Position numbers and translations under genes: made by a program
In this document: positions 12,282 through 22,762 of the stretch, one piece after another
Numbering within the stretch: position 1 is the stretch's first letter
Layout: each line of letters starts with the position of its first letter
Notes under the pieces: model-generated
The model's input: the letters and a program-made list of their open reading frames with translations, nothing else
Told to the model about the DNA's origin: nothing
Databases searched by the model: none
NCBI RefSeq assembly: GCF_001194135.2
Contig: NC_068999.1
Location: 4,168,644 to 4,232,643 of the forward strand
Direction of reading: 5' to 3'
Source of the DNA: Octopus bimaculoides
Taxonomy: Eukaryota
DNA length: 64,000 nt

Positions 12282-12923
12282 ATATAAACATGTATATGTT
12301 TATATATATATACACACACACACACTAATATATTTGTTTATAAAATGCACATAAGCACGCACACATATATGTATTTGTGTATTAGGATATCTNNNNNNNN
12401 NNNNNNNNNNNNNNNNNNNNNNNNNNNNNNNNNNNNNNNNNNNNNNNNNNNNNNNNNNNNNNNNNNNNNNNNNNNNNNNNNNNNNNNNNNNNNNNNNNNN
12501 NNNNNNNNNNNNNNNNNNNNNNNNNNNNNNNNNNNNNNNNNNNNNNNNNNNNNNNNNNNNNNNNNNNNNNNNNNNNNNNNNNNNNNNNNNNNNNNNNNNN
12601 NNNNNNNNNNNNNNNNNNNNNNNNNNNNNNNNNNNNNNNNNNNNNNNNNNNNNNNNNNNNNNNNNNNNNNNNNNNNNNNNNNNNNNNNNNNNNNNNNNNN
12701 NNNNNNNNNNNNNNNNNNNNNNNNNNNNNNNNNNNNNNNNNNNNNNNNNNNNNNNNNNNNNNNNNNNNNNNNNNNNNNNNNNNNNNNNNNNNNNNNNNNN
12801 NNNNNNNNNNNNNNNNNNNNNNNNNNNNNNNNNNNNNNNNNNATGTGTGTGTGTGTGTGAGAGCAAATGTATAAGAATGTGAGTGACAGTTATTTGTTGT
12901 GTGAGCATATGTAGAGAGTGAGT

Positions 12924-13167
12924 ACGGTTCTATATTTAAGAGATGAGGAATTATTTACATTCGACGGATATTTGTCCTTATCTTGTTTTTTGTTAACGTT
13001 TCGGCTGATATACCCTCCAACCTTCATCAGGTGTCTTGGAGAAATTTCGAACCTGAGTTCTCATTCCTAAGGTATTTTTCGATGTTATTATTATTATTCA
13101 GGTCACTGCCTGGAATCGAACTCGGAATCTTGGGGTTAGTAGCCTGCGCTCTTAACCACTACGCCAT
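12924..13167 (-). mobile_element. tRNA-headed SINE (family D) with hammerhead motif and Penelope-repeat tail
   Basis: Head TGGCGTAGTGGTTAAGAGCGC...GAGTTCGATTCC (A and B boxes), (AAT)n spacer, CTGATGA...GAAAC core, tail almost identical to the 65-bp repeat at 6738-6802. Confidence 0.85.
12995..13035 (-). ncRNA. Minimal type I hammerhead ribozyme motif (stem I 3' strand deleted)
   Basis: Minus strand GACAC-CTGATGA-a-GGTTG-gagggtatat-CAGCC-GAAAC-GTT-aac. Confidence 0.6.
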
Positions 13168-13173
13168 ATTCCG

Positions 13174-13314
13174 TGAATAATAATATAGAAAAATACCTTA
13201 GGATTGAGAACCCAGGTTCGAAATTTCCCCAAGACACCTGATGAAGGCTGGAGGGTATATCAGCCGAAACGTTAACAGCAAACAAGATGAGGACAACTAT
13301 CCGTCAAATGTAAA
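13174..13314 (+). mobile_element. Inverted duplicate of the family D SINE tail, abutting the tRNA head
   Basis: Reverse complement of 12954-13100 with scattered mismatches. Confidence 0.9.
13233..13276 (+). ncRNA. Minimal type I hammerhead ribozyme motif (stem I 3' strand deleted)
   Basis: GACAC-CTGATGA-a-GGCTG-gagggtatat-CAGCC-GAAAC-GTT; the GTGTT that would close stem I is missing. Confidence 0.65.
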
Positions 13315-13535
13315 GAATGAGTATGTGCGAGTGTGTGTGTGTATATGTCTACTTCTGTATGTATTCCACATACTGTATTCAGAAGTATATCATCATCATC
13401 ATCATCCTAAATAGACCCAGTCCTTGCAGTTCACGGGTTGGTAATAGGAAGGGCACTTAATCATAATCTATCCAACTCATGCCAGCATGGGAAAACATAC
13501 ACGGGAGAGAAAAGAAAGAAAGAGAAGTGCCTTAC

Positions 13536-13702
13536 CTCTGAGTGGCGGTGGTGGAGCTTTGGTTGTGCTGAACTTGAAGAGGTTGGAGTATTCACCACAA
13601 CCAGCATCGTTGATGGCAAAAATCCGGAAATCATAGGAAGTTAGTTCGGAGAGTCTGTTTACCTTGTAGACATGGGCTGAGCCATAGTAGACAGTCTGGA
13701 AA
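13536..13702 (-). CDS. FNDC3: FNDC3 exon, FN3-8 (FQTVYYGSAHVYKVNRLSELTSYDFRIFAINDAGCGEYS...TKAPPPPLR)
   Basis: tctttccag acceptor, GTAAGG donor, 167 nt, phase 2 to 1. Confidence 0.96.
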
Positions 13703-13848
13703 CTGGAAAGAAACAATGGTTTGTAGAAATAAGTGTTTACTTAATTAAGGATGGCTAGTAAGTTGAAATTTCAAAGTTGTTGCCAACTTTTGCCTAACAA
13801 AATGTCTATCTATCTATCAATATATATATATACACACACACATATATA

Positions 13849-14127
13849 CATTGGTGGACTGGGTCTAAAAATATTGGTTGCCAGGAGACTAAGGGGGCCC
13901 ACCTGCAACTATTTAATTTTTTTTTTTTTTTTTGTTAAAAGTATTCTTTTCAACTGTCTACAAACACAGCCAGGCTGAAATAATTAATGCATTCTCCCAA
14001 GAGTGAATAAAAATTTCTCAAATTTGAGGGGAAGGGCCCCTTAGATACTAACATGAGACCCCATATATGGATTCTAATGGCCCCATTTGCCATCGGGCAA
14101 GCTAGCAGCCTGGCCAGTCTGCCACTA
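13849..14127. mobile_element. Possible MITE with short TIRs embedded in (TA)n
   Basis: CATTGGTGGACTGG / CCAGTCTGCCACTA (10/14), GGGCCC-rich interior, TATA flanks. Confidence 0.4.
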
Positions 14128-14142
14128 TATATATATATCTCA

Positions 14143-14361
14143 TTAGCACATTCAGATTACTGTCAAACATAATCCTTATTTATTCCAATTGTTTTCAATC
14201 AATCCTGCCTTATCTCATATCATTGAGATTTTGATGATGTGATTGTTTATTTTTGGAATGGCATTGTAAGGTGGGTGTGAGAGGTCAGATCTGGCTGATT
14301 TGAACACCAAACAAGTAAAATGTTTGAGCTGGATAAGGGAGCTGTTTTAAATGCTAAAGGG
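14143..14361. mobile_element. piggyBac-like MITE family (ends TTAACCCTTTAGCATT / AATGCTAAAGGG)
   Basis: Right end AATGCTAAAGGG here; intact TTAACCCTTTAGCATTC end at 44780; homologous copy at about 50585-50760. Confidence 0.55.
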
Positions 14362-14589
14362 ATATGGTACTCCATAGAAAAACATTGAGTGAGCCTTCAA
14401 TTTAATGTTTGTTTTATATTTAACAGCATAAGGTTATAAAAATAAAGCAAAATTGAATTTGATATAAAATCTGTCTTGACTGGGACTTCTAAGTTTATCC
14501 AGAATGGTTGAATACACAACCATGCATGGAAACCCAACACATCAATACAACAACAACATTCATAAGCGGTGGATGGTGGTGGTACTTAC

Positions 14590-14790
14590 TGTTTATCGTC
14601 CCTGCCAATCTCCAGCTGGTACTGGATCAAATCAGGGTTGCGGCCATCACCCCACTTTAGTTTAAGGCTGTTCGGGGCTGCACTGACGCACTCGAGGGAG
14701 GGTGGTTCAGGGGGCAGGGATTTTGTTATCACCTTGATGGCAAAACTGAAGGCACCGGGCCCGATTGCATTGACAGCTTGGATTTTAATT
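14590..14790 (-). CDS. FNDC3: FNDC3 exon, FN3-7/8 (IKIQAVNAIGPGAFSFAIKVITKSLPPEPPSLECV...IGRDDK)
   Basis: ctatttcag acceptor, GTAAGT donor, 201 nt, phase 2 to 2. Confidence 0.96.
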
Positions 14791-14940
14791 CTGAAATAGA
14801 CAAAGAAAATAGTCATGGTTTCAAATCATGGAGAAGGTAGCGACAAGAGAGGGAACAAGATGAAACGGTTGGAAGGAAGTGTAATGATAAAAGAGAAGCT
14901 ATGAAAGATGGGAAAAGATAGAGGCTGTCGGTAGTGGGAC

Positions 14941-15224
14941 ATCACTTGCCTGCACACAAAGCCAGGTGACATATGCTACCTGACTTTGTGTGCAGGTAAG
15001 TGATATCTTAAAAGAAAAAGGGAGGTAGTGTGACATCAGTTACCTGTATGGGTTTTAGATGACAAGTGTTAAGGAGAGAGAGTGCTCACCTGTACAATGT
15101 TAAATGACAGGTGTCCAGGAGAGAGAGGAGAGAAAGACTGTAGTGTAACCTTACTTACCTGTGCATTATTAAGTGACAGAGAGAGAGAGAAAGGTGTGGT
15201 TGAGTGACATTACTCACCTGTACA
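14941..15224 (-). repeat. Degenerate tandem array of splice-donor-containing units plus terminal hairpin
   Basis: CAG/GT(G/A)AG-like motifs at 15217, 15158, 15089, 15043 and CAG/GCAAGT at 14949, each in similar flanking sequence. Confidence 0.8.
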
Positions 15225-15471
15225 CAGTGTCAGGTGAGAGGTGTTCAAGCCTGTATTCTGTAGCATCAGTAATATTTATCAGCTGTTTGTCGCCTGTGTC
15301 TATGTTGTAGGAGAGTATCTCACTGCCATTGTTGTGGGGTTCTTCCCATTTCAACAGGGCATCCGTTGCTGTCGTCTGCACTTTGCAGTGTACCACAGCT
15401 GCAGGACTAGAAGGTTGTGTTTGGCACCGACACACTGAACTGAAAGGACCAGCCCCAGCACTATTTATGGC
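15218..15471 (-). CDS. FNDC3: FNDC3 exon, FN3-6/7 (AINSAGAGPFSSVCRCQTQPSSP...RLEHLSPDTVYR)
   Basis: tgttgcag acceptor, GTGAGT donor, 254 nt, phase 0 to 2. Confidence 0.96.
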
Positions 15472-15682
15472 CTGCAACAACAACAACAACATTTTCTTTA
15501 TTGCCCAAATGGGGCTAAACATAGGGGGTAGAAACAAGGACAGACAAAAGGATTAAGTTGATTACGTTGAACCCAATGTGTAACCGGTACTTATTTAATT
15601 GACCCCGAAAAGATGAAAGGCAAAGTTGCGAAAGTGTTCAACAATGTAGCCAGTTATGAACATCTCATCAAAGTGAACTTAC

Positions 15683-15757
15683 CGAAACTTTAAAGCTATA
15701 ATTGGTCGCAGGAAGAAGGTTTTTGATTTCATATTTCCGTTGGGGTCCAACATAAAG
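15683..15757 (-). CDS. FNDC3: FNDC3 exon, FN3-6 (LYVGPQRKYEIKNLLPATNYSFKVS)
   Basis: aattgcag acceptor, GTAAGT donor, 75 nt, phase 0 to 0. Confidence 0.95.
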
Positions 15758-15964
15758 CTGCAATTGATAAAACAGATTTGTTAGTAGTAGTGTGAGGACA
15801 AGGGGACTGGTCAGTTGTTGGAGTCTTATAATGGTCAGTGTTGGACATACAAAATGCACACTACATAATCACTCGCCTATACTATAAAAAAGGAGAACTA
15901 GCAGATGTTGCGGCAGACATGAGAATATAATAAAAAGCAGGTGAGAAGGAAGAATTAGTGTTAC

Positions 15965-16156
15965 CTGTGTGAAATCTAGATTAGTCTTCTGTTGCCATTC
16001 TAAACGGTAGTCTGTGATAGTAGCACCATTGTTGACAGGTTTTTCCCAACTAAGTTGGATACAGTGTGGAGACTTCCAGTTGACTGTCGGACACTTTGGA
16101 GCATCGGGTACACCAGGACCGCTAACAACTTCACAAGATTCAGACCAGGGTCCAGC
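15965..16156 (-). CDS. FNDC3: FNDC3 exon, FN3-5/6 (AGPWSESCEVVSGPGVPDAPKCP...NNGATITDYRLEWQQKTNLDFTQ)
   Basis: ccttgcctag acceptor, GTAACA donor, 192 nt, phase 0 to 0; not in ORF track (no Met). Confidence 0.95.
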
Positions 16157-16280
16157 CTAGGCAAGGCAACAGAGATTGACCGTTAAATGTTCAGACATAA
16201 AGAGAAGAAACAAAAAAATATGTAACATGAAAATATGATTTACTCATTTATATAAGTATATTGCTGTATATATATATATA

Positions 16281-16432
16281 CTCTCGGAGTGGTTGGCGTT
16301 AGGAAGGGCATCCAGCTGTAGAAACTCGGCCAAATCAGATTGGAGCCTGGTGTAGCCATCTGGTTCACCAGTCCTCAGTCAAATCGTCCAACCCATGCTA
16401 GCATGGAAAGCGGACGTTAAACGATGATTATG
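16281..16432 (+). mobile_element. RTE-type 3' tail repeat (family C) ending in (GAT)n
   Basis: TGGTTGGCGTTAGGAAGGGCATCCAGCTGTAGAAA...CCAACCCATGCTAGCATGGAAAGCGGACGTTAAACGATGAT. Copies near 27411-27630, 32390-32550, 39114-39300, 43823-43963, 49738-50040, 60640-60740 (minus) and 34300-34375, 55500-55560 (plus). Confidence 0.85.
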
Positions 16433-17113
16433 ATTGTATGTGCGTACATAGAAAAGCACCCACTACACTCTCGGAAGTAAACGGCTTCATTTTGCTGACT
16501 TGCTGTGTTATTTCCTAACATAGATTCGTTTCCAGGTGCTGGGAATATTGTAGAGGAAACAATGAAAATACCACTCCAGATGATTTACCGAGGAGTGATG
16601 GCCTCTTTGTCAATAAAAGAGATACTGCACTAACAAAAGTTAAGGAACCTCTGCTATAAGATGTTTATTTGAGACACTGTGGTGGCTACAAGTCAACTCT
16701 TTGGTACCAGGAGAAATAGAAGCAAATGTATGGTCATTATAGGTTTAGTATGGAGGAAATGTACGTCTATGGTCTTTATAAGTTGTGTAGAGGTGGAGGG
16801 GGGGGGGGTTGGACACAATTTTCAGAGACTAATGAGGTGAACAGTTGCATAATGTTTGTTGGACAAACAGAATCAGAGAGAAAATTTCTTTAAAAAAATG
16901 ACATTCTCGGGAAAGGACTGGGTTACCATGGTCAATGTCTGTATATGTGTGTGTGGGATCTGGATGAGTGTGGTGGTGGTGGTGGAGGTCTTGGTGAGAG
17001 CCATGATGGATAGGAAAAAGGGTGATAAGAGGATCCATGACTGAGTCAAGAAGTGTAAATGAAATGCCTCGGCTGAACAGCAACAAATTCTTGTGTGTAG
17101 AGTTTGTACCTAC

Positions 17114-17286
17114 CCCAATTTTGTTTGAACACTTCACTTGGAATAGATATGGTCGTCCTGGCAGAAGGCCAGCAACCACACAGTCTGTATCCCTGCCTTT
17201 GTACACTTCTCTGGTTGTGTTGTCTGGAGACACCATTTGGACAATATATTCTGTGATAGGGGAACCTCCATCAGAGACTGGAGGAC
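17114..17286 (-). CDS. FNDC3: FNDC3 exon, FN3-5 (GPPVSDGGSPITEYIVQMVSPD...LLPGRPYLFQVKCSNKIG)
   Basis: tgttgcag acceptor, GTAGGT donor, 173 nt, phase 1 to 0. Confidence 0.96.
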
Positions 17287-18316
17287 CTGCAACAAAGTAC
17301 AAAACAACTTGCAATGACTGTTTCGATTTAGTTTCAGTTTAACTAGTTCAGCTTTCAGCTACTACTACTACTACTACTACGACTACTACTACTACAACCA
17401 CTGATAACGGTACCTAGGGGTCGTTTAACCCCAATTCAGCCCTGACTGAATAAGCCCACCTACTTCAAATAAATAAAGGAATCATAGATGTTATTCAGTT
17501 TGCAAGACATAGCAACCAAATCTAGTAAAAATCACACAGGTGCTTCAAAAACAACTTGGTTGTTGGTTATACCATTACAGAAACACACAATATAATGGCT
17601 TTATATTCTTTGAAGAAAGTTCCCACTAAAAAAGTTCTGTAAAATTTTTGTCCTATTTAACTTTCTATTTACTGGTTTTAACAGCCCCAGACCGTCTTTA
17701 ATTCATACTTCACAGTGAACTATACACTGTGGTACCTACTTACAGCTAGATAGACTGGACTGTTGACAGTTAAGTGTTTTGAGTACGGGCATTAGCGATA
17801 TGAAACAATCAGTCATGAGCAGACATGTATTTTAGTTCACTGTATCATAGGGAGCTACAGTGTATGTAGTACCTATGAAAACGTCAGCTCTTTGTTGATA
17901 GTTTCCTGTCTCTAAGAGATGGTGGTAAGAAACCCTCAAGGAAGCTGAGCAGCTGAGGGTCTTCAGAGAAGACACTCCACTCGGGCAAGTGTCTCAGCCC
18001 TACTCCAAGAGGGTGTTGAGTCACATCCAGGTCAGGATTCTTTGGGTGCCCTTCTGCTGACAATTGTTAGCCACTTGGAGAGTAGAGACTTGTGCTTTCC
18101 AAGTGGCTACTTGGAGATTTCCTCTCTGTCGACTCAGCTTTCAAAGTTATACTTAAAGAATAAAATAACACTGGTTGTCATGGCAGTGGTGAAATGCCAA
18201 TGCTATCACAATGGCTCAGATACTTAGACTAACAAGATTCTCATAGCAACACCAGTCCTAGACCAGCTCCGGTACTTCATATTAAAAGTCTACTGAGCAT
18301 TAAAATAATTACTTAC

Positions 18317-18422
18317 CCCATCGTAAATGTAGAGAAGTAGCTTTTGGTTTACCCTGAAGTTTGGGAGGTTGGCTTTGCCCTGGAATCACAGCTGGTGTTG
18401 TTACTGATATAGAATCTGAAAA
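18317..18422 (-). CDS. FNDC3: FNDC3 exon, FN3-4/5 (FSDSISVTTPAVIPGQSQPPKLQGKPKATSLHLRW)
   Basis: ctttttgcag acceptor, GTAAGT donor, 106 nt, phase 0 to 1. Confidence 0.95.
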
Positions 18423-19029
18423 CTGCAAAAAGACAAGAATTTACATCAGAAACGATTCTGTTGTGACAATGAGAGTTTGATGACAAATAAAGTCAGCAAA
18501 CTGTTAAAATATTTTCCATTTAATTACGTCGCAACACTCTCTCTCCATTGTGCCATTCTCACTCCCCTTTAATTCTTCTGAAGGGTGATGTGTCATCTAC
18601 TTGCTGAGGCACCAACTGACAAGCGATCATGGGATCAGTGGCCCAGATCCTTTTACAGGTCATGTGACCACCTCTACACCAAAAGAAATTATGCTGAGGA
18701 TCTCTATGCAGTTGCTTGATCTACAAGACATAGCAGTAGAACTGTCCTCAAACCATACTGTACCATCAGGGATCAATTCATTCAGGGACTATCTGTGGCA
18801 AACAAGTAAGGTTGGTTCCCATCATAAATGTTCTTTGGATATCAGTGAAGTCCAAAGGGAGTCTGATCTCATCACACAGGCTTTTCTCACAGAGCAAAGG
18901 ATCGTAAATAAGACCTTCTTGAACTGGAAGGGTCTTTTTTTTAATCCCCAACTAAGTATCAAAGCAAATGAATTGTATTTCATACTCCCAACTCAAAAGG
19001 TTCCAATATTTTAGGGGTCATATACTTAC

Positions 19030-19142
19030 ATCACTTTTACCTCCTGGTCCCGAACACGCTACGTGGACATTGTATGTACTTCCAGGGATCAAACCGTCAC
19101 AGGAACATTCCAGTTCAGCCCCGTTATAAATATTTCGGAAAC
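19030..19142 (-). CDS. FNDC3: FNDC3 exon, FN3-4 (GFRNIYNGAELECSCDGLIPGSTYNVHVACSGPGGKSD)
   Basis: ctttttgcag acceptor, GTAAGT donor, 113 nt, phase 1 to 0. Confidence 0.95.
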
Positions 19143-20350
19143 CTGCAAAAAGAAAGATAGTTCTAGCTTTAGAATGAAAAAAGGGGGCAGCAAAGGGTTA
19201 CATCAAGTGTTTGGGGGGGGGGGTAGCTTGTTCATGGGGTTTATCTGTGCAGTAGTGGACTGATTGTAGAAGTGGTGGTAGTGGGGATGGTGGCTTTATT
19301 GTATCAATGAAAGTGGATCACAGCGGTGGTAGTAGTGATGGTTGTGGTGGTGGTAGTAGTATTTATTTATACTACTGCTACGACTAGTAGTAGCAGTAGT
19401 AGTGTTCTAAGCTGTTTGTTTGCTATCTATTTTACATGACCATTGCTAGGACACTCACTGGTGAGCAGTTTTAGACAGACTGGACATAGACAAGTGTGTG
19501 TGTGTATAATTACATTAGTGGTCGTTAAGCACCTGGCTGTCTTCGTTTATATTGAATCAGGGAAGTCTTGTCGAAAAAGCTGTTGTTGTTGTTGATGTTG
19601 TTTCTCAAGTGACCGCTGCAGGCTAGAAGAAACCAGGCCAGACTATAATGTTGGTCACCAGCCGATGCTAAGATATATTGGTCAAATTTCTAGAACTTTC
19701 CACTGCACAATTCTAACATGTCTTCTTCTGTCTTTGATATCCAAGTGTGGGGAAGGTGTGACGGAAAGAAACTCACCATAGCAACCAAGCTCCCACCACC
19801 ACCACCACCACCACACACTTCTTTCTGGTGTCCAGTAACTGACCTTTGCTTGTGGAAGGAGGTTCAGGACTACTCACAAGACACATAACAAGTTCAATCT
19901 CCAATACAGTTACTGTGTCATATCCCCGCCCCTCGCCCCCTCCCCTTTTCTCTGTAGGACACCTCATCCCTTCCCCTCCTCCATTTTGTGCTGAATCACT
20001 TCCACTCACAACTCATGGTCCACTGCTCACAATTAATCATAAACAACCAGCCGTAAACAAACATACAGTTCCAAAGAAAACCCTCCCATATTTCATATGC
20101 TCTTTGGTTCGGTGCTCCTCAAGTTACTCTTTTATTCTTTCCATGGTTTCAGTCGTAGGGCTACGGCCATGCTGGAGCACCACCTTGATTTATTTCCTTT
20201 CAGTTCTGTTCTATCATAAGACAGGGAAGTTGGTCTCTGAGTTTGTAGCAGCTGATCTTCCCTCAGTGATTCCTTCTATGGTTGGCTGGTCTGCTATCAC
20301 CATTAGGGGTTTATCCTAGTCTTTTATTCTTTTACTTGTCTCACTCATTT

Positions 20351-20562
20351 AACCACAAATATAAATAATTAAGAAAGGATGATGATAAATAATAGGGCTT
20401 CTTATGTAGTGACTCAACCTGCTAGAAATAACAGCCAAGTCTCCTTTAAAGCTAACCCTGCTATGTTTAAAAAAAAAAGGAAGGACATGAATACAATATG
20501 TCTGATGAAAAGGCAGTCCTATCTATGACTGGGTCTAGTGGATCAGACATGACCTGGGGTTA
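20351..20562 (+). repeat. Copy 1 of a local about 210-bp direct duplication containing a dispersed repeat (GACCTGCTAGAAATAACAGCCAA family)
   Basis: Aligns almost end to end with 22544-22762, including the upstream AACCACAAATATAAAT flank. Confidence 0.85.
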
Positions 20563-22543
20563 CCCCCACCACCTTACCATCAGGGTTTAGAGAGTACACA
20601 CCATGCATTTGCTGCTGGAAAGTTTATCATAAATGGTGTACCTGGGAGGTCTTATTTTTCTGCATCCTGTATTTCAACAACAACAACAATGAAACTATCC
20701 AAACTTAGAAAATCATGGGAAAATGTTATGTAAAAAACAGCCTGTGTGTGTGTGTTTTCCATTTTTTTTTTGTAAAATTTTTGATGTGAAAATTGTGTGT
20801 TGAGGAGTTCGTGAATGACAATGAATGGAAAGGATTCTTACAAACCAAATCAAACTGATCGATTGATTGATCAAACAAATAAGTAGCTGATTAGTTAATT
20901 GGTTTATTGATTAGATTAACTAGTTCACCACCACCACCACCAGTAATGGTTTCAAATTTTGGCACAAGGCCAGCAATTTCGGGGGAGGGGTTAAGTCAAT
21001 TAAATCTACCTTCAATGGATGAAAGGCAAAGTCCACCTTAGCAGCATTTGAACTCAGAACATATAGATGGACAAATTGCTGCCAGGCATTTTAGCCAGCA
21101 TGCTAACAACTCTACCAGCTTACCACCTTGTTTTTGTTTTTGTTGTTGATAAGAAGAAAACAAAGAAATGTACGTCTCCTACAGACATAAAAGACCCTCC
21201 CAACATAGAACCTCTCTCTCTCTCTCTCTCTCTGTATATATATATATATATATTAGAGGCAAAGGACAACAGAAACCAAGGCAGGACGAGTATCTCAAGT
21301 CATTTATGATAATTTAATTGGGGTATGACTTGAGATACCTGTCCCGTCTTGGTTTTCGTTATCCTGTTCCTCTTATACCTGCCAATACGGAAGCCTAACA
21401 CGGGTCTCTGGCTCCAGCCTCAGGTGTGAACTTGGAATCTAATGGATGACCAATTACACAGCACTTACTCAGCATACCTATTCATTTAGATCAATAACGA
21501 ACTAAACTCCTCGTATTCTGTCTGTATGTCTCTCTCTCTCTATATATATATGCATATACACAAACACACTTGCTGGAACATATACCTATTCATCTATTGA
21601 CCTCACTGGGTGTAGAGAGCAAGATCTGATGGGGAGTGGCACTGCTGCGCAGGGAACAGGGAGCACAATAATAGTTGCTACATGTTTGCAGGTTGGGGAG
21701 AGACCAGCTCGTTAGGGGAGAGCAAGGCAATGGTGAAGAAGGAGAGATGGAGGGGCCAAGGGGGAGGGAGTGATGGTAGAGTATTATCAGATAAGAAAGA
21801 ATCCACTGCTCTGTGTGTTAGGAGAGAATAGAAAGATAAGGTAAAACACCCCCCCCCCCACACTGAAAAGAAAGAAAAGATAAAGGCAACTATAGATATA
21901 GAATACACACATAAATATACAGAGAGAGAGAGAGAGAGAGTGAGAGAGAGAAAGTGTGTTATTGGAGTTTAGAGAAAAATGTGTGGAAATGTATTTAGGT
22001 CTACAAGAGGGTGGTGGTGGTGGAGGTGAGGATGAAACCCCAGGGAAATGACAAGGAAGAAGGGTGTGCCAAACCCAATACACCATGTAATGAGGTCAGT
22101 CAGTACAGAGAGAGATAGAGTGGGGTGGTGGTGGTGGCAGGAGGAATACAAACTCCCACCCCACCCACTTCTCTCCTCCTCCTCTAACACCACCACCACC
22201 ACCACCACCGCTGGGTTGGGGTGAGAGGAAGGAGGTGGAGGGATCAGCCAAAACTGGCCAACACTGTTGTTCAAAGGGAAGTGGTAGGGAGATGGTCGTG
22301 GTTGGGTGGGTCTTGAAATTACTTGGTGTAATTAGTAATCACTAACAGTGGTGGTGGTCGTGGTAAGAGGGGAATTGAGCCCATGACACAGTTTCCAGCA
22401 CCACTCCACTCACTTTCACCATTGTTAGCTATTTCCTTTCACTTATGTTGTTGGTTCAAACTGGATAAAAGACAGAAAATGGATGAAGGCCACTGATTCT
22501 TAGCGACTGATGAGAAAATTCATTCCTTCAGGCGACTCTTAGA

Positions 22544-22762
22544 AACCACAAATATAAATTGGAAATAATAAAGGAGGATGATGATGATAAATAACAGGAC
22601 TTGTTATGTAGTGACTCAACCTGCTAGAAATAACAGCCAAGTCTCTTTAAAAGCTAACCCTGCTGTGTTTTTTAAAAAAAGGAAGGACATAGATACACTG
22701 TCTGATGAAAAGGTAGTCCTATCTATGACTGGGTCTAGTGGATCAGACATGACCTGGGGTTA
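22544..22762 (+). repeat. Copy 2 of the local duplication
   Basis: See 20351-20562; looser family members near 37660-37830, 38290-38480, 40720-40900, 63510-63690. Confidence 0.85.

Noticed and set aside
13100-13167. tRNA gene call for tRNA-like heads (also 54350-54420, 56110-56187)
   Set aside because: A/B boxes present but acceptor and anticodon stems are imperfect and each continues into a SINE body; treated as SINE heads.
18601-19014. 137-aa plus-strand ORF in an intron
   Set aside because: No recognisable domain, non-ATG start, no splice support.
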